From the NCBI GenBank assembly GCA_951406725.2, contig OX597820.1, forward strand, positions 65,782,001 to 65,846,000: 64,000 nt of DNA, written 5' to 3'. The notes below the pieces were generated by a model that saw nothing but the letters and a program-made list of their open reading frames with translations, was not told the origin of the DNA and did not search any database. Numbering within the stretch: position 1 is the first letter of the stretch; each line of letters begins with the position of its first letter. This DNA is from Octopus vulgaris. Lineage: Eukaryota. Of the stretch, positions 26,810 to 38,890 are shown in pieces. A program made the position numbers and the translations under genes.

Positions 26810-27225
26810 GGAGGTCCTTTTGTTCCTTCGCAACCAGCTCCAGCTTCAACACCTCTCTGCTGCCTCTGGTATTGCTTTTAGAGATTTGGTCCTGTTCTAA
26901 GAAACGGAGAATTGTTTCATTAGATCTTGAGTAGATTTGTCCACAAAACCTCTGGTTCCAGCCTTTATAGCGATAACCCAGAACCGGAAGTTAGCTTCCC
27001 TCAGGTTGTGACCACACTGGCGTATTTTTCTGTCTCCTTTTAGTTTAATTTTAAACGGCATGGTGAGGTCAATTAAAATACATTGCTCTGATGAACTGGA
27101 ACAAACTACGATATCCGGCTTGAGGCCAGTCTTCTTAGCGAGTTCTGATTATTTTTCTGATTCTGTGAGGTCTGCTGTGCTCTCCCAATCATCTGCGACA
27201 CGTGATTCCATTCCTGCGCTCAGTG
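26810..27225 (-). pseudogene. Degenerate REL-endonuclease fragment of a HERO/NeSL/R2-group non-LTR element
   Basis: Minus translation ADDWESTADL...TGLKPDIVVCSS...CILIDLTMPF / ETEKYASV / LREANFRFWVIAIKAGTRGFV...SLKAIPEAAER: PD-(D/E)xK-type motifs with stops and frameshifts. Confidence 0.75.
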
Positions 27226-27890
27226 TTTCGATTGTTGACTGCAGCTCATCAGTCGTAGAAAACATACGGCCCTTTTTATTCTATACATATTCAGCAGTTT
27301 ATAAAAGTTAGGGACTAAATTAATATTTCAATATGTATTTCACTGTATCCCTAATTTAATGATATTCAATGTATCCTTATTTTGTTGCTCTGGGACTTTT
27401 GTTGTAAAAACAGACGTGTGAAGAAATTATCTGCAAAGACATCTGTTTAAGATGTAAATTTGTGTGTGAAAAATATCCTCATTAGCAATCTGCACTTTAT
27501 GCCAAAATCTTTTGTGCAGAAAGTAATACCTGAACTTTGGGTTATTTCATCACTTTACGGTTTAAGGAATTAGAAAACAATTGTAGTTCATTGATGAAGG
27601 TTTAGGCCATTCGCGAAGGTGGTACAGTAATAAATGATGTATGACATGTGCACTAAAACCTTTCTTTTGTCCTTTACTTATTTCAGTTATTGGACTGCAG
27701 CCAGGTTTGGGTGCTGCTTTTGAAGGGTTTGGTCAAACCAATCGACTCCAGTCTAATTTATAAGAAGTCGGTCACTTTTGACGAACCGCTGGATTTCATG
27801 ACGTTGATAAACCAACTCTGGTTGACAAACAGTAAGGTGGGTCAAACAGAAACACAAGGATATGCACAAGTGCGCACGCATGCATACACA

Positions 27891-27918
27891 TAGCTAGCTA
27901 GCTAGCTAGCTAGCTAGC

Positions 27919-28014
<96 letters not shown>

Positions 28015-28051
28015 TAGGTAGGTAGATAGATAGAGAGAGAGACAGGCAGTC

Positions 28052-28119
<68 letters not shown>

Positions 28120-28188
28120 GGATGGATGGATGGATGGATGGATGGATGGATGGATGGATGGATGGATGGATGGATGGATGGATAGATG

Positions 28189-28248
<60 letters not shown>
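27891..28248. repeat. Compound (TAGC)(GATA)(GACA)(GATG)(GATA) microsatellite abutting the LINE 3' end
   Basis: Direct reading; on the minus strand it starts a few bases after the LINE AATAAA. Confidence 0.9.
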
Positions 28249-28249
<1 letters not shown>

Positions 28250-28398
28250 CTTTTTATTGTAGCCACACAGGGCTAAACACAGAATAAAAATGGACGAAAT
28301 ACAATGTAGAATTTTTCTTTTCGAGGTGGGATGGGTGGGGCAAAAAAAAACAAAAACGTTTGATCAATAGGGATCTGTGGGCTGTGGTGTATAAAAAG

Positions 28399-28443
<45 letters not shown>

Positions 28444-28591
28444 TCACAGTTTAGGTGTAGCCTTGGAAAGAAAAACCTACAAAAAAGACCAAGGTCACCT
28501 CAGGCAATTCGAAAAAGAACACATGAGTAAGTCGCCTTACTTCTCGTTGTCTCTTTTGGTTACAGATTTATGTTTAAAATAGTGTCGTCTT

Positions 28592-28860
28592 TCATACTGA
28601 CCATTTTGCCACTTTTACCCACTTTTTATTAAAACATTCGTTCGACAAAGCCTTCCTCTCTATTCTCATCCTCCTTTTCAAGTGGTACTTGAAAAAGTTG
28701 ACGAGAGACTGACCAGAGAGGAAGGTGCTTGTTTGCAGTCCTTTCAAACGAGTCCACCACACACATTCTTTCGCCATAGCCATCAGCGTAACGAAAGCCG
28801 TTTTCCCTTCCCGTTTAAAGGAAGGTGGTGGAACAATATTCACGATAGACTCGGCCGATA
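28592..28860 (-). pseudogene. Disconnected C-terminus of LINE ORF2
   Basis: LSAESIVNIVPPP...MAKECVWWTRLKG...FNKKWVKVAKWSV* resembles the L1/Tx1 terminal K-x-x-W-x-x-R segment and resumes right after the inverted insert. Confidence 0.8.
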
Positions 28861-29067
28861 GGTTGATGATGCGCAGGCATGCGCTGAGACTGCGACATCT
28901 CTGGAAATTCATCGACGACGGTGAACAGGTGTGGGCGCCGTTTGTGAGGCGCGACTTCCCGCAGCTCGTCTCACTGACCGAACTGCAAACGTGGATCAAA
29001 AAGAGACCGAAACTGGGCGATTGGCACCGAGAGTGTCGCCAAGCTCTACAGCAGCTCTGCCGACCGG
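28861..29067 (+). repeat. 207-bp inverted duplication of 29429-29635 inserted into ORF2
   Basis: ggttgatgatgcgcagg...ctctgccgaccgg is the reverse complement of 29429-29635; the same peptide LMMRRHALRL...QQLCRP appears on both strands in the ORF track. Confidence 0.95.
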
Positions 29068-31405
29068 CAGTCTACACGTGACAACAGCTGTTCGACGAAG
29101 GACCACAGCTCTGAAATATCTGGACACTGCACGAGTGCGTGCAGAACGGTTTCGTCGCTCTGACCGCATCTCGGGCAGGTCGGTCCGGTGATGGTTTTCG
29201 AACCGTGTCTGTAGCTCTTCTCTCGAACAGGTAGTGCGTCTCGATAGCACTGCCAAGCCAGGGATTTCTGGAAGTTATCTATAGGCCCCGGCCCGAACAT
29301 CGTCCTGAACAGGCGGGTTAGGAATTCTTCGTCGACGCCCAGGTTTGCCCCGAGTGTGTCGTCGGACCTCCCCTCCACTAGTCCTCTATAGAACGCTTTA
29401 GTCGTTTGTAAGTTGCACAAGTTTGACCCCGGTCGGCAGAGCTGCTGTAGAGCTTGGCGACACTCTCGGTGCCAATCGCCCAGTTTCGGTCTCTTTTTGA
29501 TCCACGTTTGCAGTTCGGTCAGTGAGACGAGCTGCGGGAAGTCGCGCCTCACAAACGGCGCCCACACCTGTTCACCGTCGTCGATGAATTTCCAGAGATG
29601 TCGCAGTCTCAGCGCATGCCTGCGCATCATCAACCACGGCATGCCCAGTCCTCCATTCAACGGATGTTGACAGCAAATGGACTTCCTCACCATCGGAACG
29701 CCACCCTTCCACAGGAAGCGGAAGAGTATGCGTTCCAGTTTGGTGATGGTGGCGTCGGGACAAGGTACGACGGTCAGGCGGTAATCGATGACGGATGCGA
29801 TGTACGCGTTCGCCACCTCCGCCCGGCCTTTTAGAGACAGCTTTCTCTCGGCCCATGTTTGGCTGAGAGCGACCACTCTACTCATGATCTCGTCCCAATT
29901 CTTATCCATTTGGAGGTCCGGACTGAACCAGACCCCGAGCAATTTAACCGGTCCGACCGTCCAGCGTCCCACTACTGAGCCGCAGTCGGACGGCATGGGC
30001 TTGCTTCTCCAGGTGCTGAGTAGCAAACCCACTGACTTTTCCGGGTTAATCTTTGCTCCTGTCACCGTTTCATATTTTCTTAATGTCTCGCCTATCATCT
30101 TGATGTGTTTGTCGCTCGACACTATGACGGTGACATCGTCCGCATATGCCGACACGCTCGTCCCGCAACCCAGTTCCCGTGGGATGCCCCTCAGTGTCGC
30201 CAGCTTCCGCAGTAGCGGCTCGAGAGTCAATACATACAGAAGCGCCGACAGGGGACACCCCTGACGGACCGAACGCGTGATGTCAAACGGTTTCGACAGG
30301 TGATCGTTCACCCGAATCACCGATCGGATGCCGCTATACAAGGCAGCGATCCAACCGCGGAAGACGGGACCGAAGCCAGCCGCCCTGAGGACGGCCGCCA
30401 AGTACCGATGGTCGACCCTATCGAAGGCTTTAGACTGATCCAAATTTATCAGCGCCCCACGCATGCCAGGATCCTTAACTACCCTGTCCACAATGTAGCG
30501 CATCAGATGGAGGTTGTCATGTATGGTTCTGCCCGGCACGGCGCATGTTTGCGCCCTGTCGACCAGTTTACCAATGACAAGCGCCAACAGCTCGACTATT
30601 ACTTTGGCCAAAATTTTCAAATCTGCGTTGAGCAGAGTGATGGGCCTGAAATTATCTATAAAATTCCCTTTGTTTGAGTCTTTCTTCAGCAACGTCACTG
30701 CACCTCGGCTCACGAAACCGGGGATTCTCCCGTTTTGTTGCCAGTTGCAGTAGACTGATGCCAAGAGGTCGCCAAATAAGTCTGGCATTCGATAATACAG
30801 ATCGTAGGGTAAACCATCCAATCCAGGTGACTTATCCCTCGCGCAGCCCGCCATCGCATCCCACACGTCAGCGGCTGTGATGGGACTTTCACAACACTCC
30901 GCTTCTCTTGCCGAGAGCCGCGGCAGATCGGTCAGGTAGGCACTGAAATCCATCCCGCGTTCCGACCCACCACTCGCACCAAACAGTCGAGCAAAGTGCT
31001 GTTGAAAGGCCTCACACATCCTTTTGGGTTCGAGTAAACTGCATCCCTGTTGATCTATTAGAGACCGAATGGTTGATCTGTTGCCACGCTGCGCCTCCGC
31101 TACCCGGGCCTCTCGCGCAGCTTCAATCCCTTCGTTCTTTAAGGCACGCATTTTAGCTCTGACGACGCAACCTTCGTGCTTGGCGTTGAGGTGTTGGTCG
31201 AGGGCCATCCTCGCAGCCAGCACGTTGGTTGCGCTGCCAGTGGTAAGTGCCTCTTCTAGTTTCTTAACTAAGTCTCCCTCTACTCTATTTCGTTCTATCG
31301 CTAATTCCTTGCTAAACCTAATTGATTCCGATTTTATTGCCATTTTCAGGGCGTACCACCAGCGGTTGTTAACGACCGCTCCCGTCAGCGCCCTCTTAAT
31401 TAACT
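29068..31405 (-). pseudogene. LINE ORF2 reverse transcriptase + C-terminal CCHC zinc knuckle
   Basis: KSPGLDG, FRPITLLNADLKILAK, LDQSKAFDRVDH, VRQGCPLS, AYADD, KLLGV, GGLG, CPRC...ETVLHALVQC; open for more than 750 codons. Confidence 0.95.
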
Positions 31406-32209
31406 CGTGCTAATCCGGTTCCTGTAAACCTGTCGCGCTAACAGCGACGTGTTCAGTTTCCAGTAACCGGGACCCTTCCTATGTGTTTTATCTAAGTCGA
31501 GCGTACACGTAACAAATTTGTGATCTGTGTAGCTGACTATTTTAAATTGTGGACATCCTACACTATCCCTATCCGCTGTCCTGCATAGAATTCTATCTAG
31601 ATAAGATCTCGACGATCCGACGCGGTTTGTCCAAGTCCACGTTGGCACGTTCGGATGGTCGAGTCGGAACCTGTCAGACAAATGGAAACGTCTGAGCAGG
31701 TCTTTGAGGCTCTTACACCCCCTTCTATTCCTATCTCTTCCCACATAATCTAGATGCGTGTCCAAGGTAGCGTTCCAATCCCCTACTAACAGTAAAGGTC
31801 TAGACGTACCCAGGAAAACCTCTAGACGTCTGAAGAAATCCGCCCGACCCGTTAAGGACGGTGCATAAACTGCCATCAGACGGAATGCACACCCATTTCT
31901 GCCATCCACGTCCAAGACAACCAGCCTACCCTCCGGGTCTAGGAATATTGCTCTTACTTTTACCTTTAGACTCTTTCGAAAAAGCACCGCAGTACCTCCA
32001 CCACCCATGTTCGGCAGACAGGGAGAAAAATAAATGTCAAATTGATTGCCAAACATGGACTCGAGGGCCCGCGGCTTACTGAGTCTGGTTTCACTGATAG
32101 CTACTATATCCACGTCCAGTGACTTGATGTCGTTTAGAAGGTAACCTTGCTTCCAAGCCGACGCCAAGCCACGCGCATTCACACAACCTAATTTAAGCAT
32201 ACTTGACAT
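31400..32209 (-). pseudogene. LINE ORF2 N-terminal APE endonuclease domain
   Basis: Motifs NARG, SET, GTAVL, VYAP, GDWN, TWT...LDR, TDH, GYWKLN. A frameshift near 31405 separates it from the RT frame, which continues ELIKRALTGAVVNNRWWYALKMAIK. Confidence 0.93.
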
Positions 32210-32967
32210 TTATGAAAATTGTGTTTTACACACTATATTAGAAGAGACAAGAGGCAAGAAGTGAGGTCACTTACTCATTTTAAAAGTTTCATTTTTTTCT
32301 TCTTCTTCTTTTGTATTGTTTTTGATGAGGTGTTTGTATAGTTTTTTCGACAGGTATCGTTGATACCCGCCTACCGCATTCGGAAGATATAGTCTTTTCG
32401 AGTCTATTTAGCCTTTTGTCAGAGATGTTTCTCAAATTGCCACATAGTCATATTGTTATAAATTTTCATGGAAAAAAAGAGTTGCGAACGACTTTTGGCC
32501 ACAGAAATTTGCACGCTGAAGGAAATAATTTCAGTGCAACAAACTATTGATTTTAAGGCCTCGAGGTTGATAATGAAACTATTAATGATGTACCTAAAAG
32601 AATATTCCAGGAACTGAAATATAACTTTCAGAAAAAGAAAAATTGAATTTAGCAGCAATTGAAATTCACTCACAAAGAAAGGGATGATAATTTTAAGAAA
32701 TTTAAGATTAATTAAGATTAATTTCAGAGAAAATAAAATTTTTATGTTTGGGCTAGGAATAGGGCAAAATAATTGAGGCCCTGTGTTCATATATTCAGAT
32801 ATTGATGATGGTGGAATTCAGAAGATCTCTGTCAAATCATAGTGGTGTGGTTGTGTGCGTGTAATAGTGTGCTAGTGTGTATGTGTGTGAGTGTATTAAT
32901 GTATGTGTATGTGTTTGTATGTTAGTATACGGGTCGATATATGTTTAGGCATGTACTTATGTATACA

Positions 32968-33022
<55 letters not shown>

Positions 33023-33118
33023 TTATTTATTTTTATATATATATACAGGTATATATATATATATATATGTACATGTATATATGTATATATGTGTGAGTAT
33101 GTGAGTATGTCTATATGC

Positions 33119-33160
<42 letters not shown>

Positions 33161-33599
33161 CTGTGTGTATACATACATAGCTCAGAAGCTATTCTTTTCG
33201 CAAATATCGGAGTATAGTTACAATTTATTTATACACATACACACATACACGCACACACACGTACACACACACACACCAAGCACATATCTTTCGCTCTTGT
33301 ACAGGTAGACAGGCCGACATAAACACGATGAATACACACAACATATATATATATATACATGTTCATACATTTAATTTTCCTCGCAGTTGTAAAAAGTAAA
33401 TACCCAATGCAGAAGAAGAGTGGAGATATTTATTGCGGGCATGGGATTACTCTCCGTTGCTACTCGGAGTATCGTTAAAATCACTCAAACCTAATCAGTT
33501 ACGAGGTCAGATATACTTGCGTAACTCAATGCTAATGAACAGCAATCTCATGAGAATCGTGTGCGTGAGTGTGTGTGTGGGGGAGGCGCGTGTGAGTGC

Positions 33600-33645
<46 letters not shown>

Positions 33646-33713
33646 ACATATTATATATGTGTATATATACATATACATTTATATATATATAAATATATAT
33701 ATGTATATATACA

Positions 33714-33747
<34 letters not shown>

Positions 33748-33906
33748 CATATACATTTATATATATATATATATATGTGTATATATGCATATACATTCTT
33801 ATATATATATAAATATATATATATGTATATATACATATACATACACATTTATATATATATATATACACATATATATTCTTATATATATAAATTTACATGT
33901 ATATAC

Positions 33907-33967
<61 letters not shown>

Positions 33968-34113
33968 TATGTGTATATATACATATGTATGTGTATATAT
34001 ACATATATATTCTTATATATATAAATATATATATCTGTATATATATATATACATATACATATTTATATAATATATATATATATATATATATAAAGATATA
34101 TATATACGTATAT

Positions 34114-34149
<36 letters not shown>

Positions 34150-35014
34150 GTGTGTATATGTGTAGGTGTGTGTGCCTGTGTGTATGTATATATGCATGCA
34201 TATAAGAGATTATATGTGTGTGCGTGTCTGTGCGAGCGTTGGTGCGTTTGCGTGTGAAACCGAACTTCTCTAATTTAGGAATATCTCTGGAGGCAAAGTG
34301 TCTAAATGGCGGTGATTTACTTAAAGACATCCGACAGTTAACTAGAGCTCCTGCTATGATGGAGACGAGTGGAGGCGGAGGCGAAGGCGGAGGAGAAGAA
34401 AGACTATGAAGAGGAGAAGGAGGAGGAGGAGGGGGAACTTGCGACAGAGTAGGAGTGAAACAGGGAGACAGGAGGAGAGAATTTATCAGGGAAAAATTGA
34501 TAGCAAGAGACGAGAATGTGTGAAAAGGAAATAGCTTAAAGGAAAGTGTTTGAGCACCGATGGAAAGTCTTGAAAGAGAAAGGGTGTTGTTAATAGAGAG
34601 GGAGAGGGAGAGAGAGAGAGAAGTTTGAGAGAGCTTGTGTGAGTCTGTGAGACAGAGAGAGAACTAAGAATTAGGAGTGAGAAAAGCGCAATGGCGGAAC
34701 ACAGAGTAAGGGAGAGGGTGAGAGAAAGAGGAGAGATATTGAGAGAGGAGAATAGAGAAAGAGAGAGAGGTGGAGTAAAGTGAGATCGAGAAGGGGAAGA
34801 CAGAGAGAAGTAAGGAAGTGTCTGAAGCCTTAAGGGTTGGGAATGATAGAAGAAAAGACTGTCGTAAAATAAAGTTAAAACAAAAGGAGAGACGGAGAGA
34901 AAGAGAGAGAGAGAGGGGTTGAAAGGATACTGTGAGATATTAAGGGATGCAATGAGACATCTTCAAGAAAATGATAGAAATTGAGGAAAGAAAATTTAGA
35001 GAGAGGGAGAGAGA

Positions 35015-35759
35015 GAAACATGTTGAAGGAATGTAAGAGAGAGAGAGAGAGAGAGAGAGATGTAGAAAGAATGTAAGAGAGAGAGAGAGAGACATGTAGA
35101 AGGAACGTGAGAGAGAGAGAGATAGAAAGAGTGAGAGAGAAACATGTTGAAGGAATGTAAAAGAGAGAGAGAGACATGTAGAAGAAATGTAAGATAGAGA
35201 GACATGTTGAATGAATGTAAGAGAGAGAGAGATGTAGAAAGAATGTAAGAGAGAGAGACATGTAGAAGGAACGTGAGAGAGAGAGAGATAGAAAGAGTGA
35301 GAGAGAAACATGTTGAAGGAATGTAAAAGAGAGAGAGAGACATGTAGAAGAAATGTAAGATAGAGAGACATGTTGAAGGAATGTAAGAGAGAGAGAGAGA
35401 GATGTAGAAAGAATGTAAGAGAGAGAGAGACATGTAGAAGGAACGTGAGAGAGAGAGAGATAGAAAGAGTGAGAGAGAAACATGTTGAAGGAATGTAAAA
35501 GAGAGAGAGAGACATGTAGAAGAAATATAAGATAGAGAGACATGTTGAAGGAATGTAAGAGAGAGAGAGAGATGTAGAAAGAATGTAAGAGAGAGAGAGA
35601 TGTAGAAAGAATGTGAGTGAGAAAGAGAAAGAGAGATAGAGACACATGTTGAAGGAATGTAAGAGAGAGAGAGACAAGTAGAAAATGTAAGACAGAAAGA
35701 GAAGTATGTTGAAAGAATGTAAGAGAGGGAAAGAGAGAGAGAGGGAGATGTAGAAAGAA

Positions 35760-35811
<52 letters not shown>

Positions 35812-35970
35812 AGAAAAACACGTTGAAGGAATAGAGGAGAAAGAGAGAGAAATGTAGAAAAATGTAAGAGAGGGAGACAGATAGAGAAACATGTTGAAAG
35901 AATATAAGAGAGAGAGAGAAAAACATGTTGAAGGAAAATAAGAGAGAGAGAGAGAGAGAGAGACATGTAG
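35015..35970. repeat. Purine-rich minisatellite with about 28-bp subunits and about 170-bp higher-order repeats
   Basis: Subunit (ga)n-catgtWgaaRgaatgtaa; the marker gatagaaagagtgag recurs at 35121, 35287 and 35459. Confidence 0.9.
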
Positions 35971-36065
35971 CCTTAATATTTAATAAAAATGTAAGCCTTA
36001 ATATTTAAGAATAATGGGTAAAAAGACTGTCGTAAAATAAGGTTAAAACAAAAAGAGAGAGGAGT

Positions 36066-36104
<39 letters not shown>

Positions 36105-36569
36105 TGAAAAAGTATTGTGGGGTATTAAGGGAAACAGTGAGACATCTTCAAGAAAAAAGATAGAAATAAAGGAAAGAGAATTTAGAGAAAATGGGAGAGA
36201 AAAAGAAAGAGAGAGACAGAGAGAGAGAGAGACATGTTGAAGATGGAGAAATGTAAAGATAGATAAAGGGAGATATGTGAAGAGAGAGAAAGAGTTAGAG
36301 AGGTAAGAGTAAGTTAGTTTCAATAAAATTCTCTAAGAAATAACTGGAAGTTTTAAATGAGAGACAGAGAGAGAGGGAGAGAGGGAGAGAGGGAGAAAGT
36401 GAGCGGGAGGAGGAGAACCGAGATTAGGAGGTAGATAATAATAGTGGGGAAGAAAGTGACAGAGAGAGAGAGAGAGAGAAAGAAAGTAAGGGAGAGTTGA
36501 AAATGAGAGAGAGAAAGTCAGCGTAGAAAGATAAAAAGTTAAATGGTGGAGAGAAATACAGAAAGCTTA

Positions 36570-37050
36570 AGAGAGAGCGAGAGAGAGAGAGAGAGATGAG
36601 AGTGGAGAGGAGTGAGAAGAGGAGAGATGAGGATGGGAGAGGGAGAGGGGCAGAGGGTGATGGGAAAGAGAGTTGTGATAAAACAGAGAGAGAGAGAGAG
36701 AGAGATGAGAGTGGAGAGGAGTGAGAAGAGGGGAGATGAGGATGGGAGAGGGAGAGGGGCAGAGGGTGATGAGGATGGGAGAGGGAGAGGGGCAGAGGGT
36801 GATGGGAAAGAGAGTTGTGATAAAACAGAGAGAGAGAGAGGGAGAGAGAGAGAGAGATGAGAGTGGAGAGGAGTGAGAAGAGGGGAGATGAGGATGGGAG
36901 AGGGAGAGGGGCAAAGGGTGATGGGAAAGAGAGTTGTGATAAAACAGAGAGAGAGAGAGAGAGAGAGATGAGAGTGGAGAGGAGTGAGAAGAGGAGAGAT
37001 GAGGATGGGAGAGGGAGAGGGGCAGAGGGTGATGGGAAAGAGAGTTGTGA

Positions 37051-37085
<35 letters not shown>
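36570..37085. repeat. Four copies of a roughly 110-bp G-rich tandem repeat
   Basis: Unit gatgagagtggagaggagtgagaagagg...gggagagggagaggggcagagggtgatgggaaagagagttgtgataaaaca(ga)n; the second copy has an internal duplication. Confidence 0.9.
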
Positions 37086-37087
<2 letters not shown>

Positions 37088-37398
37088 AGAAAGGGAAAAC
37101 TGAGCAGCCAGTAAAATGCTGGCTTTAATGAATTAGAAATGGCGATGGAGAGATTTAGAGAGGAAATGGGATTATCTAAAAGATTGGGGGGATAAGGATA
37201 TGAAGAAGAGTAAGGTTGTGATATACAGACATACGTTTATTACAATGTAGGCGTGTGTGTGTGTGTGTGTATGTGTGTATGTGTGTGTGTCTGTGTGTGT
37301 GTGTATAGGCATATCTATATTACGCGTATATATACCTATATTCATTATATATAGATACGTGTGTGTGTGTATAATGAATATAGGTATATACATGCGTA

Positions 37399-37451
<53 letters not shown>

Positions 37452-37512
37452 CACTCATACACACATACATATATACATACATACATGCAATGGCTATAGG
37501 CATATGCATGTG

Positions 37513-37548
<36 letters not shown>

Positions 37549-38480
37549 CACATGCATATACCTATAGCCATTGCATGCATGTATGTATATATGTATGTGT
37601 GTATATATGCACTCATACACACATACATATATACATACATACATAATACATATATACATACATACATAGGTGCATGCATGAATACATACATGCAATGAAT
37701 ATAGGTATATACATGCAGAATAGATATATATAAATATATATACACACATACATATATACATACATACATACATACATACATACATACATACATACATACG
37801 TGCATGCATGAATACATTCATACATATGTGTATGCATGAACACATACATATATCCAATGCATGCATACAAACACATACATTCATTGCACATAACAAACAC
37901 TATGATAGAAAAATGGGAGAACAGCAGAAAAGTGGAAAAACGAAAACTGAGAGAGGTGGGAGGAGAAAGTAAGAGAGAGGTGTCGAGAAAGATATAAAAG
38001 TGAGCAGCAACGTGAGTACAGAAAGTGATAGTGAAGTAGAGGAACGTAACAAAGTTGATAATAAAAGACTCAAAGTGATGGCTTTCGACTAGTGACGGGG
38101 GTGCGGCGGACAGGGGTCAAATAACCGACTAAACGATGCAATAGATGTGAACGTCTCACCAGGGGTCGCTTCCATAGATTGACGTGCGTGTTAAGGTTCA
38201 ACGAAAGGGTAGAATGGGTTGGTCTGAGATGGTCTTTGTGTTGGGGCCTTTTGTTGTGTGGATGTTGTTTGATGGCTGTGTATGGGTGTATATATATATA
38301 TATATATGCATGCATGAATATAGTATGAATGTAAGCGTGTAGGTGTGTATATATGTATGAGGCATATGTGTGTATTTTAATTGATGTATGCGTGTGTTAG
38401 CATTTTGACGTGAGTTTATTGTTTGATTCCTATGATAGTACGTACATATGTTTGTATGTATCTGTATGCATATATCTTGA

Positions 38481-38851
38481 CTAGCAGTATCGCCCGGCGT
38501 TGCTCAGGTTTGTAAGGGAAATAACTATAAAGCATTTTTAGAGAGTTATAGCCAAAAAATGGAAAAAAATATGGTAAATTTTTTTTTGAGAGTTAAAAAA
38601 GGATGGAGTTGCGTCCCCTAGACAGTCTGTGGTTTGTTTTTTTGATTCTCGACCCCATGTCGAATTTATCGATTTTTTCAGAACTGGGGGAACTTTTCAA
38701 AATTTTGGCTGCGTTAGTTTTGAATTATGACATTGGGCTATGTGTGTGTCAAGTTTCATCAGAATCGGTTGAAAGCCGGGGTCAGAGTGAGGTACGAGAA
38801 AACAGACACACAGAAAACGCACAGACAAACTGCCGTTTATATAGAGAGAGA
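38481..38851 (-). mobile_element. Non-autonomous Helitron-like element
   Basis: Minus strand starts a|TC and ends with a GC hairpin cctgagcaacgccggg then gatactgCTAG|t. Confidence 0.7.
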
Positions 38852-38855
38852 TATA

Positions 38856-38887
<32 letters not shown>

Positions 38888-38890
<3 letters not shown>

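Larger units (their letters stand above)
28249..32470 (-). mobile_element. Young L1/Tx1-type LINE, 5'-truncated (ORF2 + 3' UTR, possible ORF1 tail)
   Basis: GC-rich island in AT-rich host; APE + RT + CCHC ORF2 at 32209-28592; 3' UTR with AATAAA near 28252-28257 (minus); 5' boundary uncertain, with a short basic frame ending ...QKQYKRRRRKK* at about 32450-32289. Confidence 0.9.

Noticed and set aside
28725-30753. Plus-strand ORFs overlapping the LINE
   Set aside because: Antisense shadows of GC-rich ORF2 or products of the inverted insert.
32419-32790. 123-aa minus-strand ORF as possible LINE ORF1
   Set aside because: AT-rich with no RRM, zinc knuckle or coiled-coil signature; it probably spans the 5' truncation point.
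34875-35966. Three long overlapping minus-strand ORFs (245-363 aa)
   Set aside because: All three frames are open across a pyrimidine-rich minisatellite; a compositional artefact.
35015-35970. CRISPR-like periodic motif
   Set aside because: The spacers are (GA)n rather than unique sequence, there are no cas genes, and the context is eukaryotic.
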